DNA of 64,000 nt from Antedon mediterranea. Its lineage: Eukaryota; Animalia; Echinodermata. The notes beneath the pieces are model-generated. The model did no database searches. It saw only the letters and a list, made by a program, of their open reading frames with translations, and had not been told where the DNA came from. Numbering within the stretch: the stretch's first letter is position 1; each line of letters opens with the position of its first letter. Shown piece by piece: positions 22,101 to 36,300 of the stretch. A program made the translations under genes and the position numbers. The stretch is taken from NCBI RefSeq assembly GCF_964355755.1, contig NC_092671.1, forward strand, positions 21,407,317 to 21,471,316, in the 5' to 3' direction.

Positions 22101-25100
22101 ACGTTTTAGACCATTTTGTGATTTTCGAAAAAACTTGTTAACATAAAAACACCAAAGTGCTTAGAATAGCTTCAAATCGCATTAGGAGACGTTTTAGACC
22201 ATTTTGTGATTTTCGAAAAACTTGTTAACATAAAAACACCAAAGTGCTTAGAATAGCTTCAAATCGCATTTGGAGACGTTTTAGACCATTTTGTGATTTT
22301 CGAAAAAACTTGTTAACATAAAAACACCAAAATGTTTAGAATAGCTTCAAATCGCATTTGGAGACGTTTTAGACCATTTTGTGATTTTCGAAAAAACTTG
22401 TTAACACAAAAACACCAAAGTGATTAGAATAGCTTCAAATCGCATTTGGAGACGTTTTAGACCATTTTGTGCATTTCGATGAAACTTGGTTACGCAAAAA
22501 CATCAAAGTGCTTAAAATCACATTATAAACCGTTTTAGACCATTTTGAGCATATCGATAACACTTTTCACACAAAAACATCAAAGAGCACAATATAGCTT
22601 AATATCGTATTTAAAAACGTTTTAGACCATTTTGAGCATTTCGACAAAACTTTTTCACACAAAACACCAAAGTGCTTAGAATAGCTTCAAATCGCATTTG
22701 GAGACGTTTTAGACCATTTTGTGATTTTCGAAAAAACTTGTTAACATAAAAACATCAAAGGGCTAAGAATAGCTTCAAATCGCATTTGGAGACATTTTAG
22801 ACCAATTAGTGATTTTCGAAAAAACTTGGTTACACAAAAACATCAAAGTGGTTAAAATCACATTATAAACCGTTTTAGACCATTTTGAGCATTTCGATAA
22901 CACTTTTTACACAAAAACATCAAAGTGCTTAGAATAGCTTCAAATCGCATTTGGAGACGTTTTAGACCATTTTGTGATTTTTGAAAAAAACTTTTTAACA
23001 TAAAAACACCAAACTGCTAAGAATAGCTTCAAATCGCATATGGAGACAATTTAGACCATTTTGTGATTTTCGAAAAAACTTGTTAACATAAAAACACCAA
23101 AGTGCTTAGAATACCTTCAAATCGCATTTGGAGACGTTTTAGACCATTTTGTGATTTTCCAAAAAACTTGTTAACATAAAAACATCAAAGTGTACAGAAT
23201 AGCTTCAAATCGCATTTGGAGACGTTTTAGACCATTTTGTGATTTTCGAAAAAACTTGTTAACATAAAAACACCAAAGTGCTTAGAATAGCTTCAAATCG
23301 CATTAGGAGACGTTTTAGACCATTTTGTGATTTTCGAAAAAACTTGTTAACATAAAAACACCAAAGTGCTTAGAATAGCTTCAAATCGCATTTGGAGACG
23401 TTTTAGACCATTTTGTGATTTTCGAAAAAACTTGTTAACATAAAAACACCAAAATGTTTAGAATAGCTTCAAATCACATTTGGAGACGTTTTAGACCATT
23501 TTGTGATTTTCGAAAAAACTTGTTAACACAAAAACACCAAAGTGATTAGAATAGCTTCAAATCGCATTTGGAGACGTTTTAGACCAATTTGTGCATTTCG
23601 ATGAAACTTGGTTACGCAAAAACATCAAAGTGCTTAAAATCACATTATAAACCGTTTTAGACCATTTTGAGCATATCGATAACACTTTTCACACAAAAAC
23701 ATCAAAGAGCACAATATAGCTTAATATCTTATTTAAAAACGTTTTAGACCATTTTGAGCATTTCGACAAAACTTTTTCACACAAAACACCAAAGTGCTTA
23801 GAATAGCTTCAAATCGCATTTGGAGACGTTTTAGACCATTTTGTGATTTTCGAAAAAACTTGTTAACATAAAAACATCAAAGTGCTAAGAATAGCTTCAA
23901 ATCGCATTTGGAGACATTTTAGACCAATTAGTGATTTTCGAAAAAACTTGGTTACATAAAAACATCAAAGTGGTTAAAATCACATTATAAACCGTTTTAG
24001 ACCATTTTGAGCATTTCGATAACACTTTTCACACAAAAACATCAAAGTGCTTAGAATAGCTTCAAATCGCATTTGGAGACGTTTTAGACCATTTTGTGAT
24101 TTTCGAAAAAAACTTTTTAACATAAAAACACCAAACTTCTAAGAATAGCTTCAAATCGCATATGGAGACAATTTAGACCATTTTGTGATTTTCGAAAAAA
24201 CTTGTTAACATAAAAACACCAAAGTGCTAAGAATAGCTTCAAATCGCATATGGAGACAATTTAGACCATTTTGTGATTTTCGAAAAAACTTGTTAACATA
24301 AAAACACCAAAGTGCTTAGAATACCTTCAAATCGCATTTGGAGACGTTTAAGACCATTTTGTGATTTTCGAAAAAACTTGTTAACATAAAAACACCAAAG
24401 TGCTTAGAATAGCTTCAAATCGCATTTGGAGACGTTTTAGACCAATTTGTGATTTTCGAAAAAACTTGGTTACACAAAAACATCAAAGTGGATAAAAGCA
24501 CATTATAAACCGTTTTAGACCATTTTGAGCATTTCGATAACACATTTCACACAAAAACATCAAAGAGCACAAAATAGCTTAATATCGTATTTAAAAACGT
24601 TTTAAACCATTTTGAGCATTTCGACAAAACTTTTTCACACAAAACACCAAAGTGTTTAGAAAAGCTTCAAATCGCATTTGGAGACGTTTTAGACCATTTT
24701 GTGATTTTCGAAAAAACTTGTTAACACAAAAACACCAAAGTGATTAGAATAGCTTCAAATCGCATTTGGAGACGTTTTAGACCATTTTGTGATTTTCGAA
24801 AAAACTTGTTAACATAAAAACACCAAAGTGATTAGAATAGCTTCAAATCGCATTTGGAGACGTTTTAGACCATTTTGTGCATTTCGATGAAACTTGGTTA
24901 CGCAAAAACATCAAAGTAATAATCACATTATAAACAGTTTTAGACCATTTTGAGCATATCGATAAAACTTTTTACACAAAACACCAAAGTGCTTAGAATA
25001 GCTTCAAATCGCATTTGGAGACGTTTTAGACCATTTTGTGATTTTCGACAAAACTTTTTCACACAAAACACCAAAGTGCTTAGAATACCTTCAAATCGCA

Positions 25101-27957
25101 TTTGGAGACGTTTTAGACCATTTTGTGATTTTCGAAAAAACTTGTTAACATAAAAACATCAAAGTGTACAGATTAGCTTCAAATCGCATTTGGAGACGTT
25201 TTAGACCATTTTGTGATTTTCGAAAAAACTTGTTAACATAAAAACACCAAAGTGCTTAGAATAGCTTCAAATCGCATTAGGAGACGTTTTAGACCATTTT
25301 GTTATTTTCGAATAAACTTGTTAACATAAAAACACCAAAATGTTTAGAATAGCTTCAAATCGCATTTGGAGACGTTTTAGACCATTTTGTGATTTTCGAA
25401 AAAACTTGTTAACATAAAAACACCAAAGTGCTTAGAATACCTTCAAATCGCATTTGGAGACGTTTTAGACCATTTTGTGATTTTCCAAAAAACTTGTTAA
25501 CATAAAAACATCAAAGTGTACAGAATAGCTTCAAATCGCATTTGGAGACGTTTTAGACCATTTTGTGATTTTCGAAAAAACTTGTTAACATAAAAACACC
25601 AAAGTGCTTAGAATAGCTTCAAATCGCATTAGGAGACGTTTTAGACCATTTTGTGATTTTCGAAAAAACTTGTTAACATAAAAACACCAAAGTGCTTAGA
25701 ATAGCTTCAAATCGCATTTGGAGACGTTTTAGACCATTTTGTGATTTTCGAAAAAACTTGTTAACATAAAAACACCAAAATGTTTAGAATAGCTTCAAAT
25801 CACATTTGGAGACGTTTTAGACCATTTTGTGATTTTCGAAAAAACTTGTTAACACAAAAACACCAAAGTGATTAGAATAGCTTCAAATCGCATTTGGAGA
25901 CGTTTTAGACCAATTTGTGCATTTCGATGAAACTTGGTTACGCAAAAACATCAAAGTGCTTAAAATCACATTATAAACCGTTTTAGACCATTTTGAGCAT
26001 ATCGATAACACTTTTCACACAAAAACATCAAAGAGCACAATATAGCTTAATATCTTATTTAAAAACGTTTTAGACCATTTTGAGCATTTCGACAAAACTT
26101 TTTCACACAAAACACCAAAGTGCTTAGAATAGCTTCAAATCGCATTTGGAGACGTTTTAGACCATTTTGTGATTTTCGAAAAAACTTTTTAACATAAAAA
26201 CACCAAACTGCTAAGAATAGCTTCAAATCGCATATGGAGACAATTTAGACCATTTTGTGATTTTCGAAAAAACTTGTTAACATAAAAACACCAAAGTGCT
26301 TAGAATACCTTCAAATCGCATTTGGAGACATTTTAGACCATTTTGTGATTTTCGAAAAAACTTGTTAACATAAAAACATCAAAGTGCTAAGAATAGCTTC
26401 CAATCGCATTTGTAGACGTTTTAGACCATTTTGTGATTTTCGAAAACAACTTGTTAACATAAAAACACCAAAGTGCTTAGAATAGCTTCAAATCGCATTT
26501 GGAGACGTTTTAGACCATTTTGTGATTTTCGAAAAAACTTGTTAACATAAAAACATCAAAGTGCTAAGAATAGCTTCAAATCGAATTTGGAGACATTTTA
26601 GACCAATTAGTGATTTTCGAAAAAACTTGGTTACACAAAAACATCAAAGTGGTTAAAATCACATTATAAACCGTTTTAGACCATTTTGAGCATTTCGATA
26701 ACACTTTTCACACAAAAACATCAAAGTGCTTAGAATAGCTTCAAATCGCATTTGGAGACGTTTTAGACCATTTTGTGATTTTCGAAAAAAACTTTTTAAC
26801 ATAAAAACACCAAACTGCTAAGAATAGCTTCAAATCGCATATGGAGACAATTTAGACCATTTTGTGATTTTCGAAAAAACTTGTTAACATAAAAACACCA
26901 AAGTGCTTAGAATACCTTCAAATCGCATTTGGAGACATTTTAGACCATTTTGTGATTTTCGAAAAAACTTGTTAACATAAAAACATCAAAGTGCTAAGAA
27001 TAGCTTCCAATCGCATTTGGAGACGTTTTAGACCATTTTGTGATTTTCGAAAAAACTTGTTAACATAAAAACACCAAAGTGATTAGAATAGCTTCAAATC
27101 GCATTTGGAGACGTTTTAGACCATTTTGTGCATTTCGATGAAACTTGGTTACGCAAAAACATCAAAGTGCTTAAAATCACATTATAAACCGTTTTAGACC
27201 ATTTTGAGCATATCGATAACACTTTTTACACAAAACACCAAAGTGCTTAGAATAGCTTCAAATCGCATTTGGAGACGTTTTAGACCATTTTGTGATTTTC
27301 GACAAAACTTTTTCACACAAAACACCAAAGTGCTTAGAATACCTTCAAATCGCATTTGGAGACGTTTTAGACCATTTTGTGATTTTCGAAAAAACTTGTT
27401 AACATAAAAACATCAAAGTGTACAGAATAGCTTCAAATCGCATTTGGAGACGTTTTAGACCATTTTGTGATTTTCGAAAAAACTTGTTAACATAAAAACA
27501 CCAAAGTGCTTAGAATAGCTTCAAATCGCATTTGGAGACGTTTTAGACCATTTTGTGATTTTCGAAAAAACTTGTTAACATAAAAACACCAAAGTGCTTA
27601 GAATAGCTTCAAATCGCATTAGGAGACGTTTTAGACCATTTTGTGATTTTCGAAAAAACTTGTTAACATAAAAACACCAAAGTGCTTAGAATAGCTTCAA
27701 ATCGCATTTGGAGACGTTTTAGACCATTTTGTGATTTTCGAAAAAACTTGTTAACATAAAAAAAACAAAGTTCTTAAAATAGCTTCAAATCGCATTTGGA
27801 GACGTTTTAGACCATTTTGTGATTTTCGAAAAAACCTGTTAACATAAAAACACCAAAGTGTTTAGAAAAGCTTCAAATCGCATTTGGAGACGTTTTAGAC
27901 CATTTTGGGATTTTCGAAAAAACTTGTTAACATAAAAACACCAAAGTGCTTAGAATA

Positions 27958-28034
27958 TGGCCGAGCGGTTAAGGCAGGGGCGCCGTTTATCGTACCTAAA
28001 GAGCCAACAACAACATCGGCAAGGGTTCGAGGCC
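27958..28034 (+). promoter_or_regulatory. Pol III A/B box internal promoter of SINE copy 2
   Basis: Same boxes as copy 1. Confidence 0.75.
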
Positions 28035-28310
28035 GACTCGCTCCTAGTTCTGGTGGTGGAACAAGTCTTCTCGGATAAGGACTATAAACCGTAGGTCCAG
28101 TGTACACAGTTATAACATGTGTGTACTTTAAAGAACCCAGTTCATTATTCGAAAAAGAGTAGGGGGTTACCCCGGTGAACTGGTTCACACAATAGCCTCT
28201 GTATCAGGGGGATTACCACCTATCTGATAGGACAGTGATTAATTCACTATTGGTAATCCTTGGCCACAGTGCCTAAAGACATAAAATAAAATAAAAATAA
28301 ATAAATAAAT
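27958..28310 (+). mobile_element. tRNA-derived SINE, copy 2
   Basis: Same sequence as copy 1 at offset 18717, with one substitution seen (C at 28170 vs T at 9453). Same insertion point and tail. Confidence 0.9.
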
Positions 28311-31300
28311 AATAGCTTCAAATCGCATTTGGAGACGTTTTAGACCATTTTGTAATTTTCAAAAAAACTTGTTAACATAAAAACACCAAAGTTCTTAGAA
28401 TAGCTTCAAATCGCATTTGGAGACGTTTTAGACCATTTTGTGCATTTCGATGAAACTTGGTTACACAAAAACATCAAAGTGCTTAAAATCACATTATAAA
28501 CCGTTTTAGACCATTTGAGCATTTCGATAACACTTTTCACACAAAAACATCAAAGTTCACAATATAGCTTAATATCCTATTTAAAAACGTTTTAGACCAT
28601 TTTGAGCATTTCGACAAAACTTTTTCACACAAAACACCAAAGTGCTTAGAATACCTTCAAATCGCATTTGGAGACGTTTTAGACAATTTTGTGATTTTCG
28701 AAAAAACTTGTTAACATAAAAACACCAAAGTTTACAGAATAGCTTCAAATCGCATTTGGAGACGTTTTAGACAATTTTGTGATTTTCGAAAAAACTTGTT
28801 AACATAAAAACACCAAAGTGCTTAGAATAGCTTCAAATCGCATTGGGAGACGTTTTAGACCATTTTGTGATTTTCGAAAAAACTTGTTAACATAAAAACA
28901 CCAAAGTGCTTAGAATAGCTTCAAATCGCATTTGGAGACGTTTTAGACCATTTTGTGATTTTCGAAAAAACTTGTTAACATAAAAACGCCAAAGTTCTTA
29001 AAATAGCTTCAAATCGCATTTGGAGACGTTTTAGACCATTTTGTGATTTTCGAAAAAACTTGTTAACATAAAAACACCAAAGTGTTTAGAAAAGCTTCAA
29101 ATCGCATTTGGAGACGTTTTAGACCATTTTGGGATTTTTGAAAAAACTTGTTAACATAAAAACACCAAAGTGCTTAGAATAGCTTCAAATCGCATTTGGA
29201 GACGTTTTAGACCATTTTGTAATTTTCAAAAAAACTTGTTAACATAAAAACACCAAAGTTCTTAGAATAGCTTCAAATCGCATTTGGAGACGTTTTAGAC
29301 CATTTTGTGCATTTCGATAAAACTTGGTTACACAAAAACATCAAAGTGCTTAAAATCACGTTATAAACCGTTTTAGACCATTTGAGCATTTCGATAACAC
29401 TTTTCACACAAAAACATCAAAGGGCACAAAATAGCTTAATATCCTATTTAAAAACGTTTTAGACCATTTTGAGCATTTCGACAAAACTTTTTCACACAAA
29501 ACACCAAAGTGCTTAGAATACCTTCAAATCGCATTTGGAGACGTTTTAGACAATTTTGTGATTTTCGAAAAAACTTAACATAAAAACATCAAAGTTTACA
29601 GAATAGCTTCAAATCGCTTTTGGAGACGTTTTAGACAATTTTGTGATTTTCGAAAAAACTTGTTAACATAAAAACACCAAAGTGCTTAGAATAGCTTCAA
29701 ATCGCATTGGGAGACGTTTTAGACCATTTTGTGATTTTCGAAAAAACTTGTTAACATAAAAACATCAAAGTGTACAGAATAGCTTCAAATCGCATTTGGA
29801 GACGTTTTAGACCATTTTGTGATTTTCGAAAAAACTTGTTAACATAAAAACACCAAAGTGCTTAGAATAGCTTCAAATCGCATTTGGAGACGTTTTAAAC
29901 CATTTTGTGATTTTCGAAAAAACTTGTTAACATAAAAACACCAAAATGTTTAGAATAGCTTCAAATCGCATTTGGAGACGTTTTAGACCATTTTGTGATT
30001 TTCGAAAAAACTTGTTAACACAAAAACACCAAAGTGATTAGAATAGCTTCAAATCGCATTTGGAGACGTTTTAGACCATTTTGTGATTTTCGAAAAAACT
30101 TGTTAACATAAAAACACCAAAGTGATTAGAATAGCTTCAAATCGCATTTGGAGACGTTTTAGACCATTTTGTGCATTTCGATGAAACTTGGTTACGCAAA
30201 AACATCAAAGTGCTTAAAATCACATTATAAACCGTTTTAGACCATTTTGAGCATATCGATAACACTTTTTACACAAAACACCAAAGTGCTTAGAATAGCT
30301 TCAAATCGCATTTGGAGACGTTTTAGACCATTTTGTGATTTTCGACAAAACTTTTTCACACAAAACACCAAAGTGCTTAGAATACCTTCAAATCGCATTT
30401 GGAGACGTTTTAGACCATTTTGTGATTTTCGAAAAAACTTGTTAACATAAAAACATCAAAATGTTTAGAATAGCTTCAAATCACATTTGGAGACGTTTTA
30501 GACCATTTTGTGATTTTCGAAAAAACTTGTTAACACAAAAACACCAAAGTGATTAGAATAGCTTCAAATCGCATTTGGAGACGCTTTAGACCAATTTGTG
30601 CATTTCGATGAAACTTGGTTACGCAAAAACATCAAAGTGCTTAAAATCACATTATAAACCGTTTTAGACCATTTTGAGCATATCGATAACACTTTTCACA
30701 CAAAAACATCAAAGAGCACAATATAGCTTAATATCTTATTTAAAAACGTTTTAGACCATTTTGAGCATTTCGACAAAACTTTTTCACACAAAACACCAAA
30801 GTGCTTAGAATAGCTTCAAATCGCATTTGGAGACGTTTTAGACCATTTTGTGATTTTCGAAAAAACTTGTTAACATAAAAACATCAAAGTGCTAAGAATA
30901 GCTTCAAATCGCATTTGGAGACATTTTAGACCAATTAGTGATTTTCGAAAAAACTTGGTTACACAAAAACATCAAAGTGGTTAAAATCACATTATAAACC
31001 GTTTTAGACCATTTTGAGCATTTCGATAACACTTTTCACACAAAAACATCAAAGTGCTTAGAATAGCTTCAAATCGCATTTGGAGACGTTTTAGACCATT
31101 TTGTGATTTTCGAAAAAAACTTTTTAACATAAAAACACCAAACTTCTAAGAATAGCTTCAAATCGCATATGGAGACAATTTAGACCATTTTGTGATTTTC
31201 GAAAAAACTTGTTAACATAAAAACACCAAAGTGCTAAGAATAGCTTCAAATCGCATATGGAGACAATTTAGACCATTTTGTGATTTTCGAAAAAACTTGT

Positions 31301-31989
31301 TAACATAAAAACACCAAAGTGCTTAGAATACCTTCAAATCGCATTTGGAGACGTTTAAGACCATTTTGTGATTTTCGAAAAAACTTGTTAACATAAAAAC
31401 ACCAAAGTGCTTAGAATAGCTTCAAATCGCATTTGGAGACGTTTTAGACCAATTTGTGATTTTCGAAAAAACTTGGTTACACAAAAACATCAAAGTGGAT
31501 AAAAGCACATTATAAACCGTTTTAGACCATTTTGAGCATTTCGATAACACATTTCACACAAAAACATCAAAGAGCACAAAATAGCTTAATATCGTATTTA
31601 AAAACGTTTTAAACCATTTTGAGCATTTCGACAAAACTTTTTCACACAAAACACCAAAGTGTTTAGAAAAGCTTCAAATCGCATTTGGAGACGTTTTAGA
31701 CCATTTTGGGATTTTCGAAAAAACTTGTTAACATAAAAACACCAAAGTGCTTAGAATAGCTTCAAATCGCATTTGAAGACGTTTTAGACCATTTTGTAAT
31801 TTTCGAAAAAACTTGTTAACATAAAAACACCAAAATGTTTAGAATAGCTTCAAATCGCATTTGGAGACGTTTTAGACCATTTTGTGATTTTCGAAAAAAC
31901 TTGTTAACACAAAAACACCAAAGTGATTAGAATAGCTTCAAATCGCATTTGGAGACGTTTTAGACCATTTTGTGATTTTCGAAAAAACT

Positions 31990-34900
31990 TGTTAACATAA
32001 AAACACCAAAGTGATTAGAATAGCTTCAAATCGCATTTGGAGACGTTTTAGACCATTTTGTGCATTTCGATGAAACTTGGTTACGCAAAAACATCAAAGT
32101 AATAATCACATTATAAACAGTTTTAGACCATTTTGAGCATATCGATAAAACTTTTTACACAAAACACCAAAGTGCTTAGAATAGCTTCAAATCGCATTTG
32201 GAGACGTTTTAGACCATTTTGTGATTTTCGACAAAACTTTTTCACACAAAACACCAAAGTGCTTAGAATACCTTCAAATCGCATTTGGAGACGTTTTAGA
32301 CCATTTTGTGATTTTCGAAAAAACTTGTTAACATAAAAACATCAAAGTGTACAGATTAGCTTCAAATCGCATTTGGAGACGTTTTAGACCATTTTGTGAT
32401 TTTCGAAAAAACTTGTTAACATAAAAACACCAAAGTGCTTAGAATAGCTTCAAATCGCATTAGGAGACGTTTTAGACCATTTTGTTATTTTCGAAAAAAC
32501 TTGTTAACATAAAAACACCAAAATGTTTAGAATAGCTTCAAATCGCATTTGGAGACGTTTTAGACCATTTTGTGATTTTCGAAAAAACTTGTTAACATAA
32601 AAACACCAAAGTGCTTAGAATACCTTCAAATCGCATTTGGAGACGTTTTAGACCATTTTGTGATTTTCCAAAAAACTTGTTAACATAAAAACATCAAAGT
32701 GTACAGAATAGCTTCAAATCGCATTTGGAGACGTTTTAGACCATTTTGTGATTTTCGAAAAAACTTGTTAAACATAAAAACACCAAAGTGCTTAGAATAG
32801 CTTCAAATCGCATTAGGAGACGTTTTAGACCATTTTGTGATTTTCGAAAAAACTTGTTAACATAAAAACACCAAAGTGCTTAGAATAGCTTCAAATCGCA
32901 TTTGGAGACGTTTTAGACCATTTTGTGATTTTCGAAAAAACTTGTTAACATAAAAACACCAAAATGTTTAGAATAGCTTCAAATCACATTTGGAGACGTT
33001 TTAGACCATTTTGTGATTTTCGAAAAAACTTGTTAACACAAAAACACCAAAGTGATTAGAATAGCTTCAAATCGCATTTGGAGACGTTTTAGACCAATTT
33101 GTGCATTTCGATGAAACTTGGTTACGCAAAAACATCAAAGTGCTTAAAATCACATTATAAACCGTTTTAGACCATTTTGAGCATATCGATAACACTTTTC
33201 ACACAAAAACATCAAAGAGCACAATATAGCTTAATATCTTATTTAAAAACGTTTTAGACCATTTTGAGCATTTCGACAAAACTTTTTCACACAAAACACC
33301 AAAGTGCTTAGAATAGCTTCAAATCGCATTTGGAGACGTTTTAGACCATTTTGTGATTTTCGAAAAAACTTTTTCACACAAAACACCAAAGTGCTTAGAA
33401 TACCTTCAAATCGCATTTGGAGACGTTTTAGACCATTTTGTGATTTTCGAAAAAACTTGTTAACATAAAAACATCAAAGTGTACAGAATAGCTTCAAATC
33501 GCATTTGGAGACGTTTTAGACCATTTTGTGATTTTCGAAAAAACTTGTTAACATAAAAACACCAAAGTGCTTAGAATAGCTTCAAATCGCATTAGGAGAC
33601 GTTTTAGACCATTTTGTGATTTTCGAAAAAACTTGTTAACACAAAAACACCAAAGTGCTTAGAATAGCTTCAAATCGCATTTGGAGACGTTTTAGACCAT
33701 TTTGTGATTTTCGAAAAAACTTGTTAACATTAAAACACCAAAATGTTTAGAATAGCTTCAAATCGCATTTGGAGACGTTTTAGACCATTTTGTGATTTTC
33801 GAAAAAACTTGTTAACACAAAAACACCAAAGTGATTAGAATAGCTTCAAATCGCATTTGGAGACGTTTTAGACCATTTTGTGCATTTCGATGAAACTTGG
33901 TTACGGAAAAACATCAAAGTGCTTAAAATCACATTATAAACCGTTTTAGACCATTTTGAGCATATCGATAACACTTTTCACACAAAAACATCAAAGAGCA
34001 CAATATAGCTTAATATCGTATTTAAAAACGTTTTAGACCATTTTGAGCATTTCGACAAAACTTTTTCACACAAAACACCAAAGTGCTTAGAATAGCTTCA
34101 AATCGCATTTGGAGACGTTTTAGACCATTTTGTGATTTTCGAAAAAACTTGTTAACATAAAAACACCAAAGTGATTAGAATAGCTTCAAATCGCATTTGG
34201 AGACGTTTTAGACCATTTTTTGCATTTCGATGAAACTTGGTTACGCAAAAACATCAAAGTAATAATCACATTATAAACAGTTTTAGACCATTTTGAGCAT
34301 ATCGATAAAACTTTTTACACAAAACACCAAAGTGCTTAGAATAGCTTCAAATCGCATTTGGAGACGTTTTAGACCATTTTGTGATTTTCGACAAAACTTT
34401 TTCACACAAAACACCAAAGTGCTTAGAATACCTTCAAATCGCATTTGGAGACGTTTTAGACCATTTTGTGATTTTCGAAAAAACTTGTTAACATAAAAAC
34501 ATCAAAGTGTACAGATTAGCTTCAAATCGCATTTGGAGACGTTTTAGACCATTTTGTGATTTTCGAAAAAACTTGTTAACATAAAAACACCAAAGTGCTT
34601 AGAATAGCTTCAAATCGCATTAGGAGACGTTTTAGACCATTTTGTTATTTTCGAAAAAACTTGTTAACATAAAAACACCAAAATGTTTAGAATAGCTTCA
34701 AATCGCATTTGGAGACGTTTTAGACCATTTTGTGATTTTCGAAAAAACTTGTTAACATAAAAACACCAAAGTGCTTAGAATACCTTCAAATCGCATTTGG
34801 AGACGTTTTAGACCATTTTGTGATTTTCCAAAAAACTTGTTAACATAAAAACATCAAAGTGTACAGAATAGCTTCAAATCGCATTTGGAGACGTTTTAGA

Positions 34901-36300
34901 CCATTTTGTGATTTTCGAAAAAACTTGTTAACATAAAAACACCAAAGTGCTTAGAATAGCTTCAAATCGCATTAGGAGACGTTTTAGACCATTTTGTGAT
35001 TTTCGAAAAAACTTGTTAACATAAAAACACCAAAGTGCTTAGAATAGCTTCAAATCGCATTTGGAGACGTTTTAGACCATTTTGTGATTTTCGAAAAAAC
35101 TTGTTAACATAAAAACACCAAAATGTTTAGAATAGCTTCAAATCACATTTGGAGACGTTTTAGACCATTTTGTGATTTTCGAAAAAACTTGTTAACACAA
35201 AAACACCAAAGTGATTAGAATAGCTTCAAATCGCATTTGGAGACGTTTTAGACCAATTTGTGCATTTCGATGAAACTTGGTTACGCAAAAACATCAAAGT
35301 GCTTAAAATCACATTATAAACCGTTTTAGACCATTTTGAGCATATCGATAACACTTTTCACACAAAAACATCAAAGAGCACAATATAGCTTAATATCTTA
35401 TTTAAAAACGTTTTAGACCATTTTGAGCATTTCGACAAAACTTTTTCACACAAAACACCAAAGTGCTTAGAATAGCTTCAAATCGCATTTGGAGACGTTT
35501 TAGACCATTTTGTGATTTTCGAAAAAACTTTTTCACACAAAACACCAAAGTGCTTAGAATACCTTCAAATCGCATTTGGAGACGTTTTAGACCATTTTGT
35601 GATTTTCGAAAAAACTTGTTAACATAAAAACATCAAAGTGTACAGAATAGCTTCAAATCGCATTTGGAGACGTTTTAGACCATTTTGTGATTTTCGAAAA
35701 AACTTGTTAACATAAAAACACCAAAGTGCTTAGAATAGCTTCAAATCGCATTAGGAGACGTTTTAGACCATTTTGTGATTTTCGAAAAAACTTGTTAACA
35801 CAAAAACACCAAAGTGCTTAGAATAGCTTCAAATCGCATTTGGAGACGTTTTAGACCATTTTGTGATTTTCGAAAAAACTTGTTAACATTAAAACACCAA
35901 AATGTTTAGAATAGCTTCAAATCGCATTTGGAGACGTTTTAGACCATTTTGTGATTTTCGAAAAAACTTGTTAACACAAAAACACCAAAGTGATTAGAAT
36001 AGCTTCAAATCGCATTTGGAGACGTTTTAGACCATTTTGTGCATTTCGATGAAACTTGGTTACGGAAAAACATCAAAGTGCTTAAAATCACATTATAAAC
36101 CGTTTTAGACCATTTTGAGCATATCGATAACACTTTTCACACAAAAACATCAAAGAGCACAATATAGCTTAATATCGTATTTAAAAACGTTTTAGACCAT
36201 TTTGAGCATTTCGACAAAACTTTTTCACACAAAACACCAAAGTGCTTAGAATAGCTTCAAATCGCATTTGGAGACGTTTTAGACCATTTTGTGATTTTCG
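31990..36300 (+). repeat. Local tandem duplication of a ~2160-bp multi-monomer block
   Basis: Sequence at 32101 recurs at 34261, and ORF 32133->34293 = 2160. The private variant AACATTAAAAC occurs at ~33726 and ~35885. Confidence 0.88.

Larger units (their letters stand above)
18893..31300 (+). repeat. Large block duplicating ~1-12580 (offset 18892/18893, then 18717 after a 176-bp deletion)
   Basis: ORF-track offsets: 1156->20049 and 2962->21855 (18893); 6233->24950, 8487->27204 and 9178->27895 (18717). Shared rare variants and the SINE. Confidence 0.92.
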
